Assembly: GCA_963695095.1 (NCBI GenBank)
Contig: CAVOFT010000001.1
Location: forward strand, 896,001-960,000
Source of the DNA: an uncultured bacterium
Lineage (GTDB): Bacteria; Krumholzibacteriota; Krumholzibacteriia; JACNKJ01
Length of the DNA: 64,000 bases
Reading direction: 5' to 3'
Part shown: positions 1 to 10,105 of the stretch, one piece after another
How the letters are laid out: every line of letters begins with the position of its first letter
Position numbering within the stretch: the stretch's first letter is position 1
The notes under the pieces: generated by a model
The model's input: only the letters and a program-made list of their open reading frames with translations
The model's database searches: none
What the model was told of the DNA's origin: nothing
Program-made: the position numbers and the translations under genes

Positions 1-2334
1 ATCGACGGCCGCCCTGGAGCAGGACTTCGCCGCCATCGTCGCCGGCGCGCCCGAGGACCGCGAGGTCTTCAGCGAGCGGCGGCCGCCGCGCGCGAGCTGC
101 CCGAGGGCGCGCGCGGGCCGCGGGCGGCCGGCCACGCCGGCCCTGGACCAGTTCACCGTCGACCTCACGGCGCGACGCGCGCGAGCGGGCGCATCGATCC
201 CGTGCTCGGCCGCGACCCGGAGATCCGCCAGATCATCGACATCCTCACCCGCCGCCGGCAGAACAACCCGATCCTCACCGGCGAGGCCGGCGTCGGCAAG
301 ACGGCGGTGGTGGAGGGCTTCGCCCTGCGCATCGCCGCCGGCGACGTGCCGCCGCTGCTGCAGAACGTCATCGCTGCGCACGCTCGATCTCGGTCTGCTG
401 CAGGCCGGCGCCGGCGTGAAGGGCGAGTTCGAGAACCGCCTCAAGCAGGTGATCGAGGAGGTGCGCGGCTCGCGCGCAGCCGATCATCCTGTTCATCGAC
501 GAGGCGCACACGCTGATCGGCGCCGGCGGGGCCGAGGGCCAGAACGACGCCGCCAACCTGCTCAAGCCGGCCCTCGCTCGCGGCGAGCTGCGCACGGTCG
601 CGGCCACCACCTGGGCCGAGTACAAGAAGTACTTCGAGAAGGACCCGGCGCTCTCCCGCCGCTTCCAGGTGGTCAAGGTGGAGGAGCCCGACGGAGGCCG
701 CCGCCATCGAGATGATGCGCGGCCTCGACGGCCAAGCTCGAGCAGCACCACGGCGTGCGCATCCTCGACGAGGCCGTGCAGGAGTCGGTGCGGCTGTCGC
801 ACCGCTACATCCCCGCGCGGCAGCTGCCCGACAAGTCGGTGAGCGTGCTGGACACCGCCTGCGCGCGGGTGGCGATCGGCAAGAGCGCCGTGCCCGCCCG
901 CATCGAGGACCTGCGCCGGCGCCTGGACGCCCTCGCCACCGAGCTGCGCATCCTCGAGCGCGAGGCCGGCCTCGGCGCCGACCACGGCGAGCGCCTCGCC
1001 GAGCTGGCGGCGCAGCGCGAGGCCGCCGCAGACGGAGCTGGGGGCCCTCGAAGCGCGCTGGACCGAGGAGCTGGCCCTGGTGGAGGAGATCCTCGCCCTG
1101 CGTGGACAGCTCGAGGAGACCCTCGCCGGCCCGGCGGCAGAGGGCAAGTCCGCGGCGGCCGCGAAGAAGAGCGCGAAGAAGACCGCCAAGACGGCGGCCA
1201 AGACCGCCGGCAAGCCGGCGCCGAGCGCGGCGCCCGCCGATCCGGCCGCCCTGCGCGCCGCGCTCGAGCGCCAAGCGGGCCGCGCTCGCGGCCCTGCAGG
1301 GGGAGACGCCCCTGGTCAACTACGAGGTGGACGGGCAGACCATCGCCGAGGTCATCTCCGGCTGGACCGGCATTCCCGCCGGCAAGATGCTGGCCGACGA
1401 GATCCAGACCGTGCTCGCCCTCGCCGAGCGGCTCCAGCAGCGGGTGATCGGCCAGGATCACGCGCTGGCCGCCATCGCCGAGCGCATCCGCACCTCGCGG
1501 GCGAACCTGGACAATCCCTCGCGGCCGATCGGCGTCTTCCTGCTGGTCGGCCCCAGCGGCGTCGGCAAGACGGAGACGGCGCTGGCCCTCGCCGACGCGC
1601 TCTACGGCGGCGAGCGCAACCTGATCACCATCAACATGTCCGAGTACCAGGAGGCGCACACGGTCTCCAGCCTCAAGGGCTCGCCGCCCGGCTACGTCGG
1701 CTACGGCGAGGGCGGCGTGCTCACCGAGGCCGTGCGCCGGCGGCCCTACTCGGTGGTGCTGCTCGACGAGGTGGAGAAGGCCCACCCCGACGTGATGGAG
1801 CTCTTCTTCCAGGTCTTCGACAAGGGCCTGCTCGAGGACGGCGAGGGCCGCGAGATCGACTTCAAGAACACGCTGATCCTGCTCACCTCCAACGTGGGCT
1901 CGGACACGACGATGAAGCTCTGCGCCGATCCCGACACCATTCCCGAGCCCGCGGGCCTGGCGGACGCCATCCGGCCCGAGCTGCTCGCCCGCTTCCCCGC
2001 CGCCCTGCTCGGGCGCATGATCGTCGTGCCCTACTTCCCGATCCACGGCGAGGCCCTGCGCAGCATCATCCGCCTGCAGCTGGACAAGATCGTGCGCCGC
2101 CTGCGCGAGAACCACCGCGTGGAGATGAGCTACACCGAGTCGCTGATGGAGCAGGTGGCCGCCCGCTGCACGGAGTCCGAGAGCGGCGCCCGCAACATCG
2201 ATCACATCCTCACCCGCTCGTTGCTGCCGGAGATCTCGGGCGAGTTCCTGCGCCGCATGGCGGCGGGCGAGGCCTTCGCGCGCGTCAGCGTCGACGTCGA
2301 CGCCGCCGGGGCCTTCGCCTACACGATCACCTAG
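1..2334 (+). CDS. tssH: T6SS ATPase ClpV/TssH (5' end outside window; several apparent indel frameshifts)
   Basis: Fragments across frames give [32 protein letters not shown] (Walker A1), [35 protein letters not shown] (Walker A2), LLDEVEKAH and [11 protein letters not shown]; directly upstream of vgrG. Confidence 0.93.
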
Positions 2335-2353
2335 CTGCGACGGAGGAGCCGCG

Positions 2354-4717
2354 ATGGCCATCGACCAGACCAAGCTCAACTTCCGGCTGGAGACCCCGCT
2401 GGGGGAGAACGCGCTCGTCGTCTCCCGCTTCGAGCTGAGCGAGGGGATCTCGCAGCTCTATCGCTGCCGGCTGGAGCTGGTCTCCACGGACCTGGCGGTG
2501 GACTTCAAGGCGATTCTGGGCAAGGCGGCCCTGCTCACGATCGCGCCGCCCGGCGGCAGTCAGCGCCATCTGCACGGCATCGTCACCCGTTTCGCGCAGC
2601 AACCGCCGGAGGGCAACTACGCGCGCTACGAGGCGGACATCAGGCCCACGCTCTGGATCCTCGCGCAGCGCCGCAACAGCCGCATCTTCCAGGAGCAGAC
2701 GGTGCCGGCGATCGTGCAGACCCTGCTCGGCGAGGCCAGCATCAAGGCCATCGACAACAAGATCCAGGGCAAGCACCCCGAGCGCGGCTACTGCGTGCAG
2801 TACCAGGAGAGTGACTTCGCCTTCGCCTCCCGGCTGATGGAGGAAGAGGGCATCTACTACTACTTCCGCCACAGCCCCGAGGACGGCCACGTGCTGGTGC
2901 TCGCCGACGGCAGCGACTTCGTCGCCTGCCCGGGTGTCGCCGAGGCCGCCTACAGCCCGGGCCAGGAGCAGGCCGTGGGGCGGGAAACCCTGCACCGCTT
3001 CCAGCGCGAGCAGCGCCTGCTGACCGCCCGCTACGTGGTGGACGACTTCAACTTCGTCGATCCCAAGACGGACCTGACGGCCGAGGCCACGGCGTCTCTG
3101 CCCCAGGACCTGCCCGGAGGTACCTTCGAGCACTTCGACTACCCCACGGGCCAGGTGAAGCAGGGCGCCGAGACCGAGGGCAAGATGGCCTTCGGCGAGG
3201 ACCTCGCTCTCCTCAGGGCGGATGCCGCGCGCGCGGCGGCCTTCACCTTTGCGGGCGAGAGCGACATCGCCGGTCTGCTGGCCGGCCACAAGGTGAAGAT
3301 CGCCGGCTGCCCGCGGCCCGACTTCGACGGCGAGTACCTGCTCACCGGGCTGGACAGCACGGGCGATCAGGCGGAGGGCCTCGGCGAGTCCGGCGGCCGC
3401 GGCGGCGCGCCCGCTCACCTCGGCAACAAGTTCCGCTGCCTGCCGCTCAAGGAGGTGCCGGTCTTTCGGCCTGCCGCTTCGACGCCCTTGCCGCGCATGC
3501 CCGGGCCGCAGACGGCTCTGGTAGTGGGTCCCGCCGGCGAGGAGATCCACACGGATCAGTACGGGCGGGTCAAGGTGCAATTCCACTGGGACCGCTACGG
3601 TCAGGCCGACGACAAGAGCTCCTGCTGGCTGCGCGTCTCGCAGAGCTGGGCCGGCAATCTGTGGGGGGCCTTCGTGCTGCCGCGCATCGGCATGGAAGTG
3701 GTGGTGGACTTCCTCGACGGCGATCCCGACCGGCCGCTGGTGACCGGCGCCGTCTACAACGCGATGACGATGCCGCCCTACCCGCTGCCGGACAAGGCCA
3801 CGCAGAGCGTCTTCAAGAGCCAGTCCAGCAAGGGCGGCGGCGGCACCAACGAGATCCGTCTCGAGGATAGAAAAGGCCAGGAGCAGATCTTCCTGAACGC
3901 GCAGCTGGACTACGACTTCCAGACCGGCCACGACCGCCGCGAGCAGGTGGGCAACGACCTGCACCTCACCGTCAAGAACGACCGTTTCGAGCAAGCGGAC
4001 AACAACGCCCACGAGACGATCGGCGCCGATCTGCGCCAGCAGATCGGCAAGGATCGGCACCTGAGCGTGGGCGGCAAGCAAAGCGTGGCGATCGGCGAGA
4101 GCAGCTCGCTGGAACTGGGCAGCGACCTGATCGAGAAGATCGGCGGCGACAGCTCGCGCGGGGTGGGCGGCAACATCCTCATCGACGGCGGCGGGGACAT
4201 CGTCATCGAGGCGGCCACCAGCATCACCCTGGTTTGCGGCTCGAGCAGTTGCGTCATCGACGCCTCGGGCGTGACCCTCAAGGGCTCCATCCTCACCCTC
4301 GACGGCAGCATGACGAACATCAACAGCGGACCGGGCTCCTCGCCGACCTCGCTCTCGCCGGGCAGCCTCGTCGCCCCCACGGCCCCCGACGCCCCGGTGG
4401 CGCCCGAGGCGGCCCAGCCGGGCGAGAACGTCGCAGCGCCGCCCGCCCACAAGCCGCCCAAGACCGTGGAGGACGTGGCGGAGGGCAGCGAGGCGCCGCC
4501 GGAACAGGAGCCGCCGGACTGGATCGAGCTCGAGATGGTGAACGAAGAGGGCGAGCCGGCGGCCGGCGAGCGCTACAAGATCGAGCTGCCCGACGGCAGC
4601 GTGGCCGAGGGCACGCTGGACCAGAAGGGCTACGCACGCGTGGAGGGCATCAAGCCGGGGAGCTGCAAGGTCAGCTTCCCGAACCTCGACAAGAAGAACT
4701 GGGACAAGGGGAGCTAG
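2354..4717 (+). CDS. vgrG: T6SS spike protein VgrG/TssI with C-terminal extension
   Basis: YCVQYQESDFAFASRLMEEEGIYYYF, GPQTALVVGPAGEEIHTDQYGRVKVQFHWDR, PRIGMEVVVDFLDGDPDRP, gp5-like beta-helix repeats, then a Pro-rich linker and small C-terminal domain; RBS GGAGGAG upstream. Confidence 0.97.
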   Translation: MAIDQTKLNFRLETPLGENALVVSRFELSEGISQLYRCRLELVSTDLAVDFKAILGKAALLTIAPPGGSQRHLHGIVTRFAQQPPEGNYARYEADIRPTLWILAQRRNSRIFQEQTVPAIVQTLLGEASIKAIDNKIQGKHPERGYCVQYQESDFAFASRLMEEEGIYYYFRHSPEDGHVLVLADGSDFVACPGVAEAAYSPGQEQAVGRETLHRFQREQRLLTARYVVDDFNFVDPKTDLTAEATASLPQDLPGGTFEHFDYPTGQVKQGAETEGKMAFGEDLALLRADAARAAAFTFAGESDIAGLLAGHKVKIAGCPRPDFDGEYLLTGLDSTGDQAEGLGESGGRGGAPAHLGNKFRCLPLKEVPVFRPAASTPLPRMPGPQTALVVGPAGEEIHTDQYGRVKVQFHWDRYGQADDKSSCWLRVSQSWAGNLWGAFVLPRIGMEVVVDFLDGDPDRPLVTGAVYNAMTMPPYPLPDKATQSVFKSQSSKGGGGTNEIRLEDRKGQEQIFLNAQLDYDFQTGHDRREQVGNDLHLTVKNDRFEQADNNAHETIGADLRQQIGKDRHLSVGGKQSVAIGESSSLELGSDLIEKIGGDSSRGVGGNILIDGGGDIVIEAATSITLVCGSSSCVIDASGVTLKGSILTLDGSMTNINSGPGSSPTSLSPGSLVAPTAPDAPVAPEAAQPGENVAAPPAHKPPKTVEDVAEGSEAPPEQEPPDWIELEMVNEEGEPAAGERYKIELPDGSVAEGTLDQKGYARVEGIKPGSCKVSFPNLDKKNWDKGS

Positions 4718-4757
4718 GCGGTCGCTCCGCCGCCCGCGACGCTAGGAACGAGGACGC

Positions 4758-6623
4758 ATGCCACGACGATTCAGGGCCAAGAGCGGCGACACCCTGTGCA
4801 CCCTCGCCATCCGCGAGGGGGGCTTCACGGATTGCGGGCAGGTCCGCGCCGCCGCCGCCAACGCTGCGCTCAAGGACGCGCAGGTCAAGGCGGGCCAGTT
4901 CGTGACGGTGCCGGACAAGGAGGTCAAGGCCGAAGAGGGGGCCGCCAAGCAGAAGCACAAGTTCAAGAGCACCAAGGGCACGCCGCCCTACGTGCGCTTC
5001 GTGCACGGCTCGGAGAAGAAGGACTGGAAGGACGACTTCTCGCTGAAGGTGCTCCAGATCAGCAACATCCGCACGGACATGGGCGGGCTCGACACCACCG
5101 CCGCCTTTCCCGGCACCTTCGGCTTCGACGACGACGCGCACGTGGACGAGGACAGCTTCAAGATCGAGGTCCGCGACGCCGACGAGGCCGGCAACACGCT
5201 GAAGGTGCAGCTCGAAGCGCTGAAGCGGGAAGTCGCGGCCGACAAGACCGTGAGCTTCGTGCCCTTCGCGGCCGGCGACCCCGACGCCGACAAGCGCAAG
5301 GTGGAGATCGAGTGCGAGCGCGTTGCCGCGGACAAGAAGCTCTTCCGCTCGCGCTACCTGCGCCTGGTCACCGATGTCGACGACTTCGCGGCCGCGCCCG
5401 GGCAGACCCTGCTCGTCGCCGACATCGCCGACGGCAGCGGCGGCGCCGCCGACGCGGTGGAGATCCTCGATCAGGAAGTGCGCGCGAGTTACGCGCTGCC
5501 CAAGTGCGCGAAGAAGGGCGACGCCAAGGCGGCCTGCGTGGTCAGAGCACAGCTGCCGGTGGGGGGCAGTTCGTCGCAGCGGCGTGTGCGGCTAGCCGTG
5601 CACGTGCTGCGCAAGAGTCGCGACGGCGCGGGCGCGGCCACCCTGCCCGCCACGCGGTCGGCCTGCCTGCGCTACATCCGGCGGCTCTACGCCCAGGCCG
5701 AGCTGGGCTTCAAGTTCGTCGACCACGAGATCCGCCTGGTGCAGCCGCCGGCGAATCTGATCGCCGTCGACGACCGCGAGGGACGCAAGGCGACCGGCGG
5801 CAGCGCCATCGAGTTGCGCATCCGCGTCAACCCCGACAGCGAAGGCAACGACACGACCAAGGACGTGAGCATCACCACGCGCGCCAAGGACACGCCGGCC
5901 GCCACCGCCAAACGCCTGGCGGACCGCATCACCTCGAACTTCGGCAAGCTGGTCCGGGTCAGCACCAGCAGCAATCCGCCCATCATCGGCAAGGCCCGCG
6001 GCTCTGCTGACGTGATCGTGGGCGATCCCCTCGTCCAGGAAGTCACCATCACCGTTCTCACGAACGACGACGCCACGCAGCCGGTCACCGTCGGCCGCGT
6101 GCTCGCCGGGCGCATCCAGGAGTTCGGCGGCGACGATTCGCACGTGGGCACGCTGGAGGAGCGCACCCTGGTCAAGAACTACGACACCGGCACGAACCGC
6201 GTGGATCTCTTCGTCGTCGAGGGCTTCAATCCCGCCCCCGGTTCCGCCGGCGAGGCCTTCACGCCCAACAAGAAGGCCAAGGCCGCCCGGCGGCCGCGCA
6301 GCCCGATGGTGAACTCGGTGATCATCTTCCAGACGGGCACGGCCGATCCGCCCCAGTTCCACACGACGATTCCGCACGAGATCGGCCATGTCCTCATGGA
6401 CCATTCGCACATCGAGAGCGCCTACGGCGTGGCCGCCAACGCCGGGCACGAGATGATGGGCGCCGGCTCGCCGGTGGGGGCCACGGAGACGGTGGTGGGC
6501 GGTCCCAAGCGCATCGCGGATCCCCGCAACAAGGCCCTGAACGCCACCTTCTCCACCGCGCCGCCGGGCAATCCGCGCACCTTCCTCCGCACCCGTAACC
6601 AGGGGCTGCTCGATGGCTGGTAG
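4758..6623 (+). CDS. Putative T6SS effector; N-terminal LysM-like segment, C-terminal HEXXH zinc-metallopeptidase-like motif
   Basis: Immediately after vgrG; no signal peptide; N-term RAKSGDTLCTLA...GQFVTVP; C-term PHEIGHVLMDHSH followed by EMMG. Confidence 0.6.
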   Translation: MPRRFRAKSGDTLCTLAIREGGFTDCGQVRAAAANAALKDAQVKAGQFVTVPDKEVKAEEGAAKQKHKFKSTKGTPPYVRFVHGSEKKDWKDDFSLKVLQISNIRTDMGGLDTTAAFPGTFGFDDDAHVDEDSFKIEVRDADEAGNTLKVQLEALKREVAADKTVSFVPFAAGDPDADKRKVEIECERVAADKKLFRSRYLRLVTDVDDFAAAPGQTLLVADIADGSGGAADAVEILDQEVRASYALPKCAKKGDAKAACVVRAQLPVGGSSSQRRVRLAVHVLRKSRDGAGAATLPATRSACLRYIRRLYAQAELGFKFVDHEIRLVQPPANLIAVDDREGRKATGGSAIELRIRVNPDSEGNDTTKDVSITTRAKDTPAATAKRLADRITSNFGKLVRVSTSSNPPIIGKARGSADVIVGDPLVQEVTITVLTNDDATQPVTVGRVLAGRIQEFGGDDSHVGTLEERTLVKNYDTGTNRVDLFVVEGFNPAPGSAGEAFTPNKKAKAARRPRSPMVNSVIIFQTGTADPPQFHTTIPHEIGHVLMDHSHIESAYGVAANAGHEMMGAGSPVGATETVVGGPKRIADPRNKALNATFSTAPPGNPRTFLRTRNQGLLDGW

Positions 6624-7728
6624 TCCACGTCGCAGCCTGCTGCTGAGCCTGATGCTGGCGGCCGCCCTGCTCGGGGCGGCCTGCCGAGAGAAAGAGAAGA
6701 CCATGGCACACGAGACGGACACGCAGGGCGCCGCGCGCATCGATCCGCGCATCGAGGCCTACCTCAAGGTGGAGACGAAATACCACATCGCGCCGCCGCC
6801 CACCGGGCTGGCCAAGGCCACGGTCGAGGCGGCGCTGGAGGCGCGCGTGACGCCGGCGGCCGGCCCGGCCACGCTCAAGCAACTCGCCGCGCTCGCCCTC
6901 TACTACGATGCGCGTGCGGCCGCGCCGGCCTTCGCCGGCCTGCTCAGCGGTCGCGAGGAGAGCCCGGCCGACCAGCAGCGCGCGGCGACGGCCCTGGTTG
7001 CCCTGGGCTGGCTGGCCGCTGACGCCGAGGCGCGCGAGCGCGCGCAGAGCGCCTTCGCGGGCCTGCTCGAGCGCGCGCGGACGGCCGAGCCGCGGGCTGT
7101 CCTGCTGCCGGCCTGCGACGCCCTCAGTCCAGGCGCGGCCCTCGCCGCCTACCAGCGCTGGCTGGGCGCGCGCATCGGCGAGCTGGACGACGCCATTGCC
7201 GCCGCGAAGAAGCAGGGCAAGGAGCTGCGCGACGAGCAGCTCCTGCGCGACGCCTGTCAGGAGTTCCTGGCGGGTCCCGTCAAGCGCCTGGCGGCAGCCA
7301 CGGCGAAGCGCCAGGAGCTGAACGGGCTGGCCGATGACGCCGCGCGCATCGGGCCCCTGGCCGAGCTCTATCTGGGCGACATCACCGAGCTGAACCAGTG
7401 GGCCGGCTACCGGCTCATCCAGCTCGCGGGGCGGGATGCCGATCTCCGCAAGGCCGCCGCGGCCGCCTTCCTCGCGCTGGCCGAGAAGCTGCCCGTGCCG
7501 CCGCCCGAAGCGGCCGCTTCCGAGGCCGACGACGCGGACGCGCCCGCAGACGAGGACGAGGACGAGGCCGAGGGCGATCGCCGCGAGGCGGCCCTGCGCC
7601 TGGCCCGCTGCCTGCGCGCCGCGCAGTTCTTCGGCGCCGCGCTCGGCGAGGAGCAGGCCGACTGGCTGAAGGGCGAAGGGGACACCGGCACGGACCTGCT
7701 CGCCCTGCGGCCTGACTGGCAGTACTAG
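6613..7728 (+). CDS. Lipoprotein, candidate cognate immunity protein
   Basis: Overlaps the stop of the upstream gene; signal peptide with lipobox-like LLGAAC; helical Ala-rich body with an acidic stretch. Confidence 0.55.
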   Translation: MAGSPRRSLLLSLMLAAALLGAACREKEKTMAHETDTQGAARIDPRIEAYLKVETKYHIAPPPTGLAKATVEAALEARVTPAAGPATLKQLAALALYYDARAAAPAFAGLLSGREESPADQQRAATALVALGWLAADAEARERAQSAFAGLLERARTAEPRAVLLPACDALSPGAALAAYQRWLGARIGELDDAIAAAKKQGKELRDEQLLRDACQEFLAGPVKRLAAATAKRQELNGLADDAARIGPLAELYLGDITELNQWAGYRLIQLAGRDADLRKAAAAAFLALAEKLPVPPPEAAASEADDADAPADEDEDEAEGDRREAALRLARCLRAAQFFGAALGEEQADWLKGEGDTGTDLLALRPDWQY

Positions 7729-7780
7729 CCTTGGTCCGTCAAGGGCATGCGCACAAGCGGCTCCTCGTCCGCCAGGGCGG
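7725..7780 (+). repeat. Left terminal inverted repeat of HNH element
   Basis: ctagccttggtccgtcaagggcatgcgcacaagcggctcctcgtccgccag; aligns to the reverse complement of about 8980-9035. Confidence 0.7.
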
Positions 7781-7808
7781 AAGCTTGACGGATCTCGATT
7801 TGCGTCCA

Positions 7809-8855
7809 TCAGCCCGTGTTCGGCAAGCCCGCTGCCGGCGGGGCCGCTACCGGCAGGGCGGCGGCAAGTCCCACGCCGCTTTCGTGCAGCAGTCGGTGGC
7901 AGGCCGCGCAGAGGGTGATCAGGTTCGCCGCGCTGTTGCGGCCGCCACGCCGGCGCGGCTCGCGGTGGTGCACCTCCAGGAAGCGCGTGGACCGGCAGCC
8001 CGGCGCCTGGCAGCGGTGGCCATCACGCGCGAGCACCTGCCGTCGAAGAGACGGCGGAATCGATGCCCGGTTCGGCGCGCCTTCCCGCTGCGTTCGGCAG
8101 TCGCAGGCCGCCTGCGCGGCCACGGCCGGCGCCAGGGGGCGCCTGTCGGGCAGGCGCGCGGCGCCGCACTCCTCGCAGCGGTAGATCACGACCTGATACG
8201 GCACCTCGCTTTGTACACGTGTACACTCGGCCTCGGCCAGCGCCGCGAAGGCAGCCAGCAGCAGCTCCTCTTTCGTCCCGGTCTGCCCTTGCTTGCGCAG
8301 GCGCTCGACGATGGCCAGCCAGCGGGCGTGCTGCTCGGGCTCGAGCGTGAAGCTGACCTGCACCTTTGGCGCCGGTGCGGGGACCGGCGCGGGGGCGGGG
8401 ATGGGCCCAGGGGCAGGCGCCAGCAAGTCGCCCTGGCCGCGATCGCGCCGCGCTTCGCCGCGGCTCTCGCGGATCCGTGCTTCTAGCTGACGAGCGCTGC
8501 TCGCCTTCGCGAGGGCGATCCACTGGCCCTCGGAGCGCGGCGTGGCGACCGCCGCCACGCTGCGGGCCTTGGTCCAGGGCATCTCGCCGGCCTCGACCGA
8601 GGCTCGCAGCTGCGGCAAGCCATCGAGCGACTCGGCGAGCCGGATGAACTGATAGGTCTTCGCCTGCCCGAAGCCCAGCACGGCCTCGGCGTAGGCATGA
8701 ATGCTGGAGTAGCCGCGGTCGCGATAGAGGCGCCGGCGCATCAGCTCGGCGAACCAGAGCACGGCGCTCTGTTCGGCGCGGCGCAAGGCGGCGACGGCCG
8801 CGCGCAGGCTAGCATCCACCGTGGCGGCGGGCAGATTCGGCACGAACTCGGACAT
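7809..8855 (-). CDS. HNH endonuclease with DUF222-like helical N-terminus
   Basis: C-term RRQVLARDGHRCQAPGC...LEVHH...GGRNSAANLITLCAACHRLLH (HNH plus zinc-binding Cys); extra CEEC; N-term LYRDRGYSSIHAYA...PWTKAR. Confidence 0.9.
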   Translation of the reverse strand: MSEFVPNLPAATVDASLRAAVAALRRAEQSAVLWFAELMRRRLYRDRGYSSIHAYAEAVLGFGQAKTYQFIRLAESLDGLPQLRASVEAGEMPWTKARSVAAVATPRSEGQWIALAKASSARQLEARIRESRGEARRDRGQGDLLAPAPGPIPAPAPVPAPAPKVQVSFTLEPEQHARWLAIVERLRKQGQTGTKEELLLAAFAALAEAECTRVQSEVPYQVVIYRCEECGAARLPDRRPLAPAVAAQAACDCRTQREGAPNRASIPPSLRRQVLARDGHRCQAPGCRSTRFLEVHHREPRRRGGRNSAANLITLCAACHRLLHESGVGLAAALPVAAPPAAGLPNTG

Positions 8856-8903
8856 GGAGAGACCTCGCCAGAACGAGGTCGCGGGAGGCGGGGAGAGGCC
8901 AGT

Positions 8904-8932
8904 ATTATACTATGGACCCGAGCGAAAGTCAA
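8904..8932 (-). promoter_or_regulatory. Near-consensus sigma70 promoter of the HNH gene
   Basis: Minus strand TTGACT-17 bp-TATAAT, 48 nt upstream of the ATG at 8855. Confidence 0.8.
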
Positions 8933-8979
8933 GCTCATCGCTAATAGAAGAGCCATCGCCGCTGCATCGCGACAGGGCG

Positions 8980-9035
8980 TCTGGGCGGAGCAGAGGCGCT
9001 GCCTGTGCGCCTGTCTTGTGGCGGACCAAGGCTAG
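8980..9035 (-). repeat. Right terminal inverted repeat of HNH element
   Basis: Reverse complement reads ctagccttggtccgccacaagacaggcgcacaggcagcgcctctgctccgcccag. Confidence 0.7.
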
Positions 9036-9050
9036 CCGTGCCCGCCCCGC

Positions 9051-10080
9051 TCAGCCGAGGGCGATGGCCAGGCGCGCGATCAGCGCATCGGGGCGGCCGG
9101 CCACGGGCAACCAGTCCCGCCACACCAGCGCGAGCTTGCCCTCATCGGGCAGGAGCACCAGCGTGTCCAGCTTGAAGGCCAGGGGCTGCGGCGCGCCGTC
9201 GCCCGCCGTGCCCTCGCCGGCGAGGCGCTCCCACTCGCCCGCGAGCTTGACCCCCGGCAGCGAGAAGCTGAGTTCGCCCTCCGGCGTCAAGCGCTTGAGC
9301 AGGACCTCCTCGTCCCCGCGCAGGTAGCCAGGCAGCTGCAGGTCCGGGTGGGCCGCGTTGTGGAAGTCCGGCTTGAAATCCAGCGGGGGCAACGGGCGCG
9401 CGCTCCTTCTGCCAGCGCTCGTCGTGAGTGCCCAGGTACTTCACACGGGGAAACCAGCCGCGCCCGTAGGTGCCGAAGCCCTGCGGCACCGGCCGGCTCT
9501 GCCAGCCCTTGATCAGCTGCTGCGGGTCTTCGAGATTCGGGGCCAGCGCCCCGTTCACGGACTGCTTGCGCTTCTTCCTGAAGTAGCCGCGCCCGATCGG
9601 GTTGCGCTCGCAGTAGCCGCCGCCCACCGTGTCGATGCCCCCGTAGGCGCGCTCGTAGACCAGCGGCATCGTGGCGAAGGGCGCGGGCGGGCCCAGGCGC
9701 GCGGACGCGAAGCGGCCGCCGCACTTCCAGCGCCGGTCGCCGAACACGCGGATGGCCTTGGCGAGCCGCCCCACCTGCAGCGAGACCTCCAGGGCCGAGG
9801 CCTGCGTGCCCGGCGGCGCGTAGGCGCTGCCGTTGAGGATCACGTCCGCCCGCGGCTTGAAAGGCGCCAGGTCGGACTCGAAGCGCAGGCTGCCGCCCTG
9901 CTTCTCGTCGATGAACTCGTCGCCGTAGCAGATGGGCAGCTGCTCGCCCGCGACCTGCGCGGCGCTGCCGGGCACGACCTGGAAGGTTCCCTTCACGATT
10001 ACCGTGAGGCCCTCGGCGCCATCCGGTCCGCGGCCGGGCACGAGGGCGATCTCGAAGGGCGTCTCGTTCTCCAGCTTCAT
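9051..10080 (-). CDS. DUF2169 family T6SS adaptor/chaperone (frameshift near 9390)
   Basis: MKLENETPF...TVIVKGTF, FESDLAPFKPRADVILNGSAYAP, VFGDRRW, MPLVYERAYGG, then FHNAAHPDLQ...LRGDE and LDTLVLLPD...LVWR in the second frame. Confidence 0.9.
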
Positions 10081-10105
10081 CGCGGGCCTCCCGAGCGCCT
10101 GCGCA

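Larger units (their letters stand above)
7725..9035 (-). mobile_element. Putative inverted-repeat-bounded element carrying only an HNH endonuclease gene
   Basis: Left end 7725 CTAGCCTTGGTCCG is the exact reverse complement of right end CGGACCAAGGCTAG (9022-9035); imperfect complementarity continues for about 55 bp. Confidence 0.6.

Noticed and set aside
805..2379. Long antisense and alternate-frame ORFs (e.g. 805..2379, 2327..4450, 26515..29574, 59984..63016 N-terminal part)
   Set aside because: Shadow ORFs expected at very high GC; they overlap well-supported genes and are Arg/Ala/Gly-rich without motifs.
7809..8855. IscB/Cas9-like or group II intron HNH
   Set aside because: No PLMP, RuvC or reverse-transcriptase motifs; flanks are short and I could not support a structured guide RNA.
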